Shown here in pieces: positions 29,666 to 38,521 of a stretch of 53,336 nucleotides of DNA (its first letter is position 1; each line of letters starts with the position of its first letter). Below the pieces are notes generated by a model. It worked only from the letters and a program-made list of their open reading frames with translations. It was not told the DNA's origin and ran no database searches. Source of the stretch: Sphingobacteriia bacterium (GTDB lineage: Bacteria > Bacteroidota > Bacteroidia > J057 > RFSG01); NCBI GenBank assembly GCA_009924095.1, contig RFSG01000004.1, forward strand, positions 1 to 53,336, given 5' to 3'. The position numbers and the translations under genes are program-made.

Positions 29666-32600
29666 TTAGAAATCTTTTCCTAAGGCAAGAGAAAATTGGG
29701 GTTTGGTTCGGCTTCCATCCTCAAACCCAAATGCCATATCCAACTTAACAATATAGCGCATGATTGCCATTCTGAATCCACCGCCTGTTCCAATAATGAA
29801 AGGGCTTTTCAACGTTTGAACCGTGATGATAAATGGATTTTTATCCACGGTCAGCGTGTTGACCGGATTTTTTTGAGAAAATGGATTTCCGGTTGTCCAT
29901 ACTGTGCCCATATCATAAAATAGCACCAATTGAAAATTATAGAGTGGCCCACCTGCTAATCCCTTTTGTAAATACTTGAGTAAAGGGATACGTAATTCTC
30001 CATTAAATGCTAAAAATTGTGTTCCATTTCTGGCATTGTAAGGAAAGCCACGAACAGGAGAGCGGAACTGCATAAACCATAACCCTTGTGCAGGCATTGG
30101 GGCAGGAATCTCTCCCGCATTTTGAACCCTACCATTTAGCCAATTATCAATTCCCCCCAATAAAATCAGGGGTTTATTGCTTCCTGTTCCAAAGCCTCCG
30201 GTCAATCGTGTTGCAAACACCATTTCTTTAAATACAGTGGTATATTTCCGTAGGTCCGCAGAAAATATCGTCATAGGGTTGGTTTTGTCCCCTTGTGGAA
30301 TGAAAAAAGGTTGCCAAGTAGCAATGGCATAAATTCCTCGTTTTCTAAAATTTTCCTTTTCTTGGGTGAATTGAAACTCAATTTGAGTCATTAACCCAGG
30401 TATTCGAGACTCATCAGTATAATTTTCAGGCTTTCCGGGTAGAGATACATCATTTCTCCATAAAAAGGTTTGGGTAACCCCACCACTTACGGTAAGTTGT
30501 GGAAGGATAACGGAGGATACCCAGGCATCATACCGCTGAAAATTATAACGTACCTGAGTATCTTCCCGATTAAAAAATCGGATAGATCTTCTAAACGATA
30601 CCCCGGGTTGTATTTTTCTTCGGGTATATTGATAACTGACCCTTAAATCACTATTTCTATAATTAAAATAGGGAGTCCAATTTAAATCCAACAAGTGATG
30701 TTTATGAATGTCAGTAAACTGCGCTCCTAAATGAACATAATATCTGAAATAAGGATCAAATCCCATTTGGTTTCTTAATTCTTGAACCAGTCCCTGCGTG
30801 TTCCTTAATTTTCCTTTGGGAGATTTTACCTCCCAGGCATCCCATCTTTGAACAGTAGGATAAAGAATCTTTTCCGGAGGACTAACATTCGTGTAATTGA
30901 TAGGTTGATTACTTGGAGTCTGTTTTGAAAAAGTAGAATCAATGGGACTATCTTCTTCATCAAACAAATAAAATTTTACCGGAGCAGCAGGTTTTATAGA
31001 ATCTTTGGGAATTAAAGTAGGAGCGGGAGCAAGTGTGTCTTCTGTTTCTGGTTCAACGGGTGGAGTTGGAATGGAATCTATTGGTAATGATTTAAGGGTT
31101 ATATCTCTTCGTTGCTGACCCCAAAGTGTGTATTTGATTTTAGCAGGTTTTGTTAGTAGATTGTTTTCAGTCCAATACAAGGTTCTTTTTCCGTTGTTCC
31201 AAGTTTGAAATAAGATTCTATTTCCTGACAATTCGGCCTTACGAATTCCTAAATCAAAATTTCCTAGATATTGAGAATCCGGAAGGAAAACATTCCTTTT
31301 GAGAAGGCTACCCAGTCCACTTTCATCAGATAAATAAACCAATTCAAAACTTGTGGTTTGATAGAGTGGTTTTTCCTCAATTCCAAGTGTAGCAGTAATT
31401 TGGGCAATCGTATCGGGTTTTAAATCATAGCGAAAAATATCTCGTTGAGATACAACAGATGTGAAAGGGTCTTTGGGGATACGGGAGGACGCGAAAAAAA
31501 TACTGTTTTCATCTTTACTCCAAATAGGATCGGTTTCATCATATAGATCATTGGTGATTCGGTCAATCCCGGATTCTTTTGAATAAACATATAAATCAGT
31601 TTGTCCCAAATGGCTGGCTGACAATAAAAGTTTACCTTGGTCAGAGCCTTGAATTGAATTAATTCTATCAATACCTACCGGAAGATCTTGGGGTTTGGGG
31701 CTTTTAATAGCGCTGTTCCAATAAAATAGCTTTTGTCCATCAGCGGTAGGTAAGGCGACCACCAGTTCTGTCCCTTTTTTATTCCAACTCATTGGGGCAT
31801 TCTGACTACCGGGAGGTAAGTACCAGGTAAGATGTCCACCATGGATAGGGATTTTTCGAGGCTTGCCACCAGATAAAGGGGTAATAAAAACATGAAATCT
31901 ACCTAAATGTTCTCCTATGGCTGCTACTTTATCTCCGGAAGGATGTAAGCAAGCTTCCACTAACCTGTATCGGGAAGGTAAGGCTTGTATTTCCTTGGTT
32001 TCTTTGGATAGATTTTTTCTACCCTTCTCATCCAATAAATATCGCTGTACATAAAACTCTCTCCATCTTTCGGTAAAAGTTTCGAGGCTAATTCCTAAAA
32101 CGGTGATCACTCCGGATTGAACAGAGCGACTCACACGCGTCATATACATGATTGAATATATTTTATCTGCTCCGAATTTTTCCTGAACAAAATACCATAT
32201 CGACTTATGAAGCGTCTGATTGATTTCATCTGGTTCAGAAAATTGAGCGAAGCTTAAATATTTTCTTGCTGCTAAACTTTTCATTCTGGCTTCGTCTTCT
32301 GCATTCCAAGGAGTTGCAAGGTAGTTGGGGATACCAGTGGAGAACCAATCTGGAATATCTTGTAATAACTGTTGTTGAACAGCAAACGATAAGGAATTTT
32401 CAAAATAGATTTCATTAATCAATGCTCCAGCAACTTCTTTTCGAACTTCTTTCCACAATACTTGCTGACTACCTGAATAAGATATTTGGCGAATATTTAA
32501 ACCAAATCGGGTAACCCCTCCTTGGGGTAAAGATTGAAAAGATTGATATCCTGGCGATACCCACTGAGCATGAGGTTGGGCAAACACTTCGAGAATAATC

Positions 32601-32872
32601 TTTCCTTTAAATTGATAATCTAAAGACTTAAGATATTCTGACAAGGCTTGTTCAGCCATTTGTGCGGTTCTTTTGCCTAATTCAGGGGCATTTGAAGGAT
32701 ACCAAACTTCCACATTGGTGGTAGTAAATAATTTCCATTGAATGGGCATTCCATTTCCTGGGAAGCCTCTTAAAGTGGAATTGACAGGTAATTGGGCAAA
32801 TAAAATGGGTATCCCCAAAAACACGAATGTGCTTCTTTTGAACAGGAGTAGAAACAATTGCCACGTTGCCAT
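29666..32872 (-). CDS. WD40/PD40 (TolB-like) propeller plus Omp85-type beta-barrel outer-membrane protein
   Basis: PD40-like repeats (RITNDLYDETDPIWSKD..SIFFAS), Pro-rich linker, VRGF motif, GELRIP, C-terminal FSLALGKDF beta-signal. Confidence 0.75.
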   Translation of the reverse strand: MATWQLFLLLFKRSTFVFLGIPILFAQLPVNSTLRGFPGNGMPIQWKLFTTTNVEVWYPSNAPELGKRTAQMAEQALSEYLKSLDYQFKGKIILEVFAQPHAQWVSPGYQSFQSLPQGGVTRFGLNIRQISYSGSQQVLWKEVRKEVAGALINEIYFENSLSFAVQQQLLQDIPDWFSTGIPNYLATPWNAEDEARMKSLAARKYLSFAQFSEPDEINQTLHKSIWYFVQEKFGADKIYSIMYMTRVSRSVQSGVITVLGISLETFTERWREFYVQRYLLDEKGRKNLSKETKEIQALPSRYRLVEACLHPSGDKVAAIGEHLGRFHVFITPLSGGKPRKIPIHGGHLTWYLPPGSQNAPMSWNKKGTELVVALPTADGQKLFYWNSAIKSPKPQDLPVGIDRINSIQGSDQGKLLLSASHLGQTDLYVYSKESGIDRITNDLYDETDPIWSKDENSIFFASSRIPKDPFTSVVSQRDIFRYDLKPDTIAQITATLGIEEKPLYQTTSFELVYLSDESGLGSLLKRNVFLPDSQYLGNFDLGIRKAELSGNRILFQTWNNGKRTLYWTENNLLTKPAKIKYTLWGQQRRDITLKSLPIDSIPTPPVEPETEDTLAPAPTLIPKDSIKPAAPVKFYLFDEEDSPIDSTFSKQTPSNQPINYTNVSPPEKILYPTVQRWDAWEVKSPKGKLRNTQGLVQELRNQMGFDPYFRYYVHLGAQFTDIHKHHLLDLNWTPYFNYRNSDLRVSYQYTRRKIQPGVSFRRSIRFFNREDTQVRYNFQRYDAWVSSVILPQLTVSGGVTQTFLWRNDVSLPGKPENYTDESRIPGLMTQIEFQFTQEKENFRKRGIYAIATWQPFFIPQGDKTNPMTIFSADLRKYTTVFKEMVFATRLTGGFGTGSNKPLILLGGIDNWLNGRVQNAGEIPAPMPAQGLWFMQFRSPVRGFPYNARNGTQFLAFNGELRIPLLKYLQKGLAGGPLYNFQLVLFYDMGTVWTTGNPFSQKNPVNTLTVDKNPFIITVQTLKSPFIIGTGGGFRMAIMRYIVKLDMAFGFEDGSRTKPQFSLALGKDF

Positions 32873-32903
32873 TTACCTACAAATTACGAAAGAATAGTGA
32901 ATT

Positions 32904-33983
32904 TTAAGGCTTATGAAGTGCAATTCTGTTTGGATTACAATCCCTTAGGATTTCACCTGGGCTTTGATTTAAAATTGCATTTGCCAGTTGAGTAGCTAAA
33001 GCTGGAGCTTGTAATACCCCTTTGGTTCCTAACCCATTAAAAATCCATAGTGTTGGCCATTCCGGATGTTGCCCAATAATCGGCTTACGATCCAAAGTAG
33101 TAGGACGAATCCCTGCTTCTAATTTTACCCATTCCGTAACTTTAGGTAGCCAAAAGGACGACAAGCCTTGAACCAACTCTTGGGGCGGTTCAGTGTTCGG
33201 GGCTTCAGTGTAATAATTTAGTTCATAGGTAGAACCTAAACGATAAAGATCCTCTCCCAGGGGCACCATAAATTGGCCTGAACTTATAATTCTGTTTAAG
33301 TTGGGGCGAGTTCTAAAGGTTATCAATTGTCCTTTCAAGGGTACAAGCTTAGCCGGAAACCATGGATTTAAGGTCCCGTAAATTCCTTCACAAAAAACTA
33401 ATTGTGAAAATTCTATATTTCCCTCTAATCGTTGGAGGTTAGAAAGTTGAGGGTCAATTTCAGAATAGTTAATTTTTTCAGCGATAAATTTAAAACGTCC
33501 TGTTTTTTGAAGTAAACCACGGGTTGCATTAATAAACGAGTTTACATTTAACCATCCTCCACGATGGATGATCATTCCTCCCAAAGGGTTAATTAACCAT
33601 TCCGGCTTCCAGGCTTCATAAGTGCAAGTTGCTATATCATCAAACCTAGAATCATGGCTTCTGGCTGTCCAATCGTTACAACTTCGGATATCTGGAAATG
33701 GGCGGTAAATAGGAAGAGAATGGTAATGAGCGGCCAAACTTTCAAAACCAGGCAATTGAAAAAAGGATTCTAATGCAGTAAGAAATTCTATCGCTTTCCA
33801 TGAAATGGCAAACTGTCTTCCGGTTACAGGATTCACCAAGCCCGCCGCTACAGAAGAAGCAGGGATTTTTTGAGGATCCGCATATTGAATTACTGATGCG
33901 CCTTTCTGAACTAGGTTCGCCGCTAAAAAGGTTCCAGCCAATCCTCCTCCTACAATTATAATCCTTTTATTTTCCATCTCCAT
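32904..33983 (-). CDS. FAD-dependent oxidoreductase (DAO/MnmC C-terminal-like family)
   Basis: IIVGGGLAG, ASSVAAGLVNP, KGQ, AGIRPTTLDRKPIIG, NGLGTKG. Confidence 0.87.
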   Translation of the reverse strand: MEMENKRIIIVGGGLAGTFLAANLVQKGASVIQYADPQKIPASSVAAGLVNPVTGRQFAISWKAIEFLTALESFFQLPGFESLAAHYHSLPIYRPFPDIRSCNDWTARSHDSRFDDIATCTYEAWKPEWLINPLGGMIIHRGGWLNVNSFINATRGLLQKTGRFKFIAEKINYSEIDPQLSNLQRLEGNIEFSQLVFCEGIYGTLNPWFPAKLVPLKGQLITFRTRPNLNRIISSGQFMVPLGEDLYRLGSTYELNYYTEAPNTEPPQELVQGLSSFWLPKVTEWVKLEAGIRPTTLDRKPIIGQHPEWPTLWIFNGLGTKGVLQAPALATQLANAILNQSPGEILRDCNPNRIALHKP

Positions 33984-33986
33984 CCT

Positions 33987-33994
33987 CAAAAATA
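33987..33994 (-). promoter_or_regulatory. Bacteroidota -7 promoter element TATTTTTG
   Basis: Exact consensus just upstream of ATGs at 33983/33977. Confidence 0.5.
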
Positions 33995-34038
33995 ATAAAC
34001 AAGTTTAGGGTTTATGATTCTTCCTGTATTTTAGGGGT

Positions 34039-34701
34039 ATGGAAAACCAAATTGAAGTAGTCACTTTAACTTTTAATCCGTTTGCTGAGCAAACGTACTT
34101 AGTGTACCAACCGAATGGGGAGGGAGTGATTATTGATCCAGGGTGTTATACACCCGAGGAACAAGTGATGCTTCGAGAGGCAGTAAGTAAAGCCAACTTT
34201 ACGCCTGTTGCAGTATGGAATACCCATTGTCATATTGATCATGTATTAGGAAATGCTTTTGCTTGCAAAACTTGGGAAATTCCTTTGGGCGTGCCAAAGG
34301 GTGAACAAGGGGATTTGCAAGGGGTGTTAAATTATGGTCCCACTTTCGGGATTTTTCCTGAACCTTCTCCAATACCTGAGCAGTTATTTTTATCCGGTCA
34401 AACGCTTACCTTTTCAGGAGTAAAGGTGGAAGTGATAGGAGCAGCAGGTCATTCGAGAGATGGGGTATGTTTTTATTTTTCAGAATTCGGTTTGTTATTT
34501 GGTGGCGATGTGCTTTTTTATGATAGTATCGGAAGAACTGATTTACCCGGAGGAAATTTGAATACTTTATTAAATAATATTCATCAAAAACTCTTGGTTT
34601 TGCCAGCAGAAGTTAAAGTATACCCAGGGCATGGAGATCCCACCACAATTGGAAGAGAAAAAAAATTCAATCCGTTTTTACAAACCCCAATTTCTAGGTG
34701 A
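34039..34701 (+). CDS. MBL-fold metallo-hydrolase (glyoxalase II-like)
   Basis: THCHIDH, GH, GDVLF..SIGRTDLPGG, YPGHG. Confidence 0.92.
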   Translation: MENQIEVVTLTFNPFAEQTYLVYQPNGEGVIIDPGCYTPEEQVMLREAVSKANFTPVAVWNTHCHIDHVLGNAFACKTWEIPLGVPKGEQGDLQGVLNYGPTFGIFPEPSPIPEQLFLSGQTLTFSGVKVEVIGAAGHSRDGVCFYFSEFGLLFGGDVLFYDSIGRTDLPGGNLNTLLNNIHQKLLVLPAEVKVYPGHGDPTTIGREKKFNPFLQTPISR

Positions 34702-35173
34702 ATAAGAGTGCCACACAATACGCACACATTCCCTCTTGTCTTCCCACAAACCCAATCTTTTCATTGGTAGTTGCTTTAATCCCAATTTGACTTGTAGAAC
34801 AAGACAAAATAGTGGCAAGGGTAGTTTTCATATCACCTATAAAGGGTTGTATTTTAGGCGATTCTGCAACTAAGGTACAGTCCATATTACCTAATTGAAA
34901 TCCCTCAGCGGTAACCAGTGACCATGTTTGTTGCAGTAATATTTTACTGTCAATATTCAAATAAGTATCCTGTGTATCAGGAAAATGAAAACCTATATCG
35001 GGCAAACCTGCAGCCCCTAAAAGTGCATCACAAATAGCATGGATCAACACATCAGCATCAGAATGTCCCTTGAGCCCGAAGCTAGAGGGAATATTTATGC
35101 CTCCTAGCCATAAAGGCCGGTTGGGAATAATGGGATGCACATCATAGCCAAATCCTACTCTGAATTGTTGCAT
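34694..35173 (-). CDS. ispF: 2-C-methyl-D-erythritol 2,4-cyclodiphosphate synthase
   Basis: RVGFGYDVH, GHSDADVLIHA, DIG.HFPD, KATTNE. Confidence 0.96.
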   Translation of the reverse strand: MQQFRVGFGYDVHPIIPNRPLWLGGINIPSSFGLKGHSDADVLIHAICDALLGAAGLPDIGFHFPDTQDTYLNIDSKILLQQTWSLVTAEGFQLGNMDCTLVAESPKIQPFIGDMKTTLATILSCSTSQIGIKATTNEKIGFVGRQEGMCAYCVALLFT

Positions 35174-35202
35174 AGGTGAATAAATTAAGGGGAGTTTTTA
35201 AA

Positions 35203-35210
35203 CAAATTTA
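35203..35210 (-). promoter_or_regulatory. Bacteroidota -7 promoter element TAAATTTG for ispF
   Basis: Exact consensus 29 nt upstream of the ispF ATG. Confidence 0.5.
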
Positions 35211-35298
35211 CTCATCATAAAGGTAAGACAGTTTAACAGCTAGGAAAAATGGAAGCACTTAACTCCTACTACACGCGGTTTATTTGCATCTTTGAAAA

Positions 35299-36852
35299 AT
35301 GATTTTTTTAAAAATTTTTTTAGGGGTTGTTGGAGTCCTTTGGGCAACAATAGGATTGGGGGCTGGATATTATCCCTTTCCTGTTTCGGAGCCCTTTGTG
35401 TTACCTCCCGGAATGGAAAAATGGAAATTGGTAAAATCCTTAAATGGCAAATGGTCTGATGAAACGGGTCGTTTAATTCAGGTTCCTTTTTGGGATACAG
35501 AATCGAAGTCAATAACCCTTACTTGTTATTTTGATTATGATACTCTGGAACTCCCCGAGCTACAATTATATTTTGAAGGATTATCTGGGACATCTGAGAT
35601 ATTTTTAAATAATCAGTTATTAATGGTTTGGAATCAACCCTTTCAACCCTTAGTACTTCCACTTTCGGATGTTCGACTAAAGCGTTTTGCAAATAAGTTA
35701 ATTGTACATCTTCAGAATCCACCCAATTTTACTCCTGGAGCACCGAATTTAGGATTGGGTATCCATCGTCCGGCAGGAATATTAACAAGGGGAGAATCAT
35801 CCCGCACGCTGGGAATCTCTACTGCTCTGTTTGCTGATTCGGCGATTGTATTTGCACCGTGGTCACGTCTATATCATTTTAACATCACCCCTTTGCAATT
35901 GGAAGAATACCTAAAGAAATTGGACTCTTTGAAGGTCAAACATCTTTGGTTTCCGATTCCTCCTTCTGCCACAGTCACACAAGTTTTAGCTGCAGCCGGA
36001 TTTAAACGGGTTTGGAATTTATCTAAAGCACACCATGTATTTTGGTATAATACCTGGCCTGTAATTTCTGGAGGTAAAGGAGAACCTGAAGTGGGTTGGA
36101 TGAATACTGAGGAAAAAACAGGTGTTTTTTTTAAGGGTTGGACATCTCCCGATGCTTTTACGAATTGTTATAAAAGTAGAGATAATCTAACCTTATTGAC
36201 TTTGCTTCTGTTTCCATTGTTTGGAGTAGTTCTAGTTAGACTATTAAATCCTCAAATATTATTTCGTCAAATTCAATGGCTTTTTGCCAGAAAGAACCGT
36301 CCTGAAGTTTCCCACCCCAATCGTTTTTTAAAAACAGGGGAGGCTTGGGTTGCAACTTTAGCTGCCTTAATGATCTCTTCCACCTTTCTAACCAATGCAA
36401 TCCTCTATCTCCAATTAGAATGCAGGCTAGATTCATTGGGTTCCGGGATGGGCTTTCAACTGGTTAACAGGCTTATTGCTCACCCTTTTCAATTCATGAT
36501 AATCTTAATGGGGATTCAGTTAGGTGCATTAGCCATAAAACTATTTTTAGCGGGAGTGGTGGCTGGGATTTACCGAAAAGCATATCTACGCCAAACCTTG
36601 TTAAATGCATTTATTCAAAGTCATTACCCTTTGAATTTGTTGTTATGTGTTTTATCCCTGTATTTGTTTTATGTTCCGGCGTTTTGGGGAAACGTATTGT
36701 GGTCAATTTGGCTAATACTCTGTATTGTATTCTTTTTCAGAGGATTGTGGATTATTTGGGAGCGTTTATATATTCATACTCGGTTTCCCCCCTTCCTCAT
36801 TTTTTTGTATATTTGCACCTTTGAAATTTTGCCCTGGTTATTGGCTTTATAA
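35299..36852 (+). CDS. DUF4271-like membrane protein with N-terminal GH2-type sugar-binding domain
   Basis: SLNGKW, LYFEGL..SEIFLNNQ, NKLIV, GIHRP (GH2 N-domain-like); C-terminal TM bundle ending FLYICTFEILP; upstream of hemC/hemD. Confidence 0.7.
   Translation: MIFLKIFLGVVGVLWATIGLGAGYYPFPVSEPFVLPPGMEKWKLVKSLNGKWSDETGRLIQVPFWDTESKSITLTCYFDYDTLELPELQLYFEGLSGTSEIFLNNQLLMVWNQPFQPLVLPLSDVRLKRFANKLIVHLQNPPNFTPGAPNLGLGIHRPAGILTRGESSRTLGISTALFADSAIVFAPWSRLYHFNITPLQLEEYLKKLDSLKVKHLWFPIPPSATVTQVLAAAGFKRVWNLSKAHHVFWYNTWPVISGGKGEPEVGWMNTEEKTGVFFKGWTSPDAFTNCYKSRDNLTLLTLLLFPLFGVVLVRLLNPQILFRQIQWLFARKNRPEVSHPNRFLKTGEAWVATLAALMISSTFLTNAILYLQLECRLDSLGSGMGFQLVNRLIAHPFQFMIILMGIQLGALAIKLFLAGVVAGIYRKAYLRQTLLNAFIQSHYPLNLLLCVLSLYLFYVPAFWGNVLWSIWLILCIVFFFRGLWIIWERLYIHTRFPPFLIFLYICTFEILPWLLAL
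36808..36815 (+). promoter_or_regulatory. Intragenic Bacteroidota -7 element TATATTTG(CAC), probable hemC-hemD promoter
   Basis: Exact consensus 43 nt upstream of the hemC ATG, inside the Y-I-C-T codons of the upstream gene. Confidence 0.5.
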
Positions 36853-36858
36853 ACACGC

Positions 36859-37776
36859 ATGCGCACCGTAAGGATAGGCACCCGAGGAAGTCGGTTAGCG
36901 AAATGGCAGGCTGAGTGGGTGCAGTCAAAATTGATGGCGGCTGGGGTGAAGGCTGAGCTTGTGGTTATTCAAACTTTAGGAGATCAACAATTAGAAACCG
37001 CGCTCTACCAAATGGGATCAAAAGGTCTTTTTACAAAAGCACTGGACGAAGCGCTTATTTCGAATCAAATAGATTTAGCAGTTCACAGTACCAAAGACAT
37101 CCCTACCGAATTTGAGGATTCCTTAGAATTAGGAATTACGCTAAAAAGAGAAGACCCAAGAGACGTTTTGGTTGGATTAAGGGAAGACGTACATTTCGAA
37201 AATTTAAATCAATCTTTTAAAATCGGAACGTCCTCCTTACGCCGACAAGCTTTGATTCACCATTATTTTCCGGGTCATACTTTACTTGATGTTCGAGGTA
37301 ATTTGGATACCAGAATAGAAAAACTTAAAAATGGGTTATATGATGGGCTAGTTTTAGCCTATGCTGGAGTGAAAAGATTAGGATTAAACTCTTTTATCCG
37401 GCAAAAATTTAAGGTTAATGTCATCACACCCGCAGTTGCGCAGGGAGCTATTGGAGTTATCTATCGCAAATCAGATGATGATCAAATGATTTGGAAGGAG
37501 ATCTTAAACGATGTAACCACGTTTACAGAAATTTTGGCAGAACGAGCTTTTCTTAGAAAAATGGAAGCCGGATGTCATGCTCCAGTGTTTGGTCTGGCAA
37601 CCCTCACCGGCAACCTTCTATCTATTGATGCAGGAATTGCTTCGCTAGATGGGAAAAGTCTGATTCGTCAATCTCTAGATGGGCTCGCTGTTGATGCTGA
37701 ATTCTTGGGCACATCTGTCGCAGAATCTGTTCTTGCTTTAGGTGGTAAATCTATGTTACATGGTATCAAAAATTAA
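36859..37776 (+). CDS. hemC: Hydroxymethylbilane synthase
   Basis: IGTRGSRLAKWQA, KGLFTK, DLAVHS.KD, GTSSLRR, RGN, AGC. Confidence 0.96.
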   Translation: MRTVRIGTRGSRLAKWQAEWVQSKLMAAGVKAELVVIQTLGDQQLETALYQMGSKGLFTKALDEALISNQIDLAVHSTKDIPTEFEDSLELGITLKREDPRDVLVGLREDVHFENLNQSFKIGTSSLRRQALIHHYFPGHTLLDVRGNLDTRIEKLKNGLYDGLVLAYAGVKRLGLNSFIRQKFKVNVITPAVAQGAIGVIYRKSDDDQMIWKEILNDVTTFTEILAERAFLRKMEAGCHAPVFGLATLTGNLLSIDAGIASLDGKSLIRQSLDGLAVDAEFLGTSVAESVLALGGKSMLHGIKN

Positions 37777-38515
37777 AAGCATCTTGATTTCTCAACCTCA
37801 ACCACAACCCGGGGATGAGGATAATCCGTTTGTTCAAATTGGAAAAAAATGGAATGTCAAAGTAGAATTTCGAAAGTTTATCCAGATCCAAGGAATCTCT
37901 GCCTCTGAATTCAGAAAACAAAGTTTAGATCCCTTAAAATTTACCGCCGTAATTATTACCAGCAAATATGCAGTAGATCACTACTTTAGAATTTGTAAAG
38001 AATTAAAAATTGAGATGCCTCCGGATATGAAATATTTTTGCGTGAGCGAGGCAACAGCTAAATATTTGCAGAAGTACATTACCATTCGGAAACGTAAACT
38101 TTTTGTAGGTACTAAAACAGCAGAAGACTTAATCCCATTAATTAAAAAACATGCTGCTGAAAAGTTTGTTTATCCCTGCAGCGACATTCATAAAACAGAG
38201 TTAACCGATTATATGCATGCCAATGGGTTTTACATTAAAGAGGCCATAATATATCAAACAGTATCTTCCGATTTGTCTGATGTTTCTCTGCATCAGTATG
38301 ATATGTTGTGTTTCTTTTCCCCTTCTGGAATTGATTCTTTGTTTAAAAATTTCCCAGATTTTAACCAAGACACTATGCGGATCGGTGTTTTCGGACCTAC
38401 CACTGCCAAAGCGGCTAAGGATGCAGGGTTAAAAGTTGTGGTGGAAGCTCCTTCTCCGAATGCCCCCTCCATGGCGGCTGCAATTGAAAATTATTTGAAA
38501 ACCACCAATAAATAA
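37760..38515 (+). CDS. hemD: Uroporphyrinogen-III synthase family protein
   Basis: KSILISQP, TS..AVDHYF, YQTV, FFSPSG, FGPTT; follows and overlaps hemC. Confidence 0.87.
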   Translation: MVSKIKSILISQPQPQPGDEDNPFVQIGKKWNVKVEFRKFIQIQGISASEFRKQSLDPLKFTAVIITSKYAVDHYFRICKELKIEMPPDMKYFCVSEATAKYLQKYITIRKRKLFVGTKTAEDLIPLIKKHAAEKFVYPCSDIHKTELTDYMHANGFYIKEAIIYQTVSSDLSDVSLHQYDMLCFFSPSGIDSLFKNFPDFNQDTMRIGVFGPTTAKAAKDAGLKVVVEAPSPNAPSMAAAIENYLKTTNK

Positions 38516-38521
38516 GGGATC

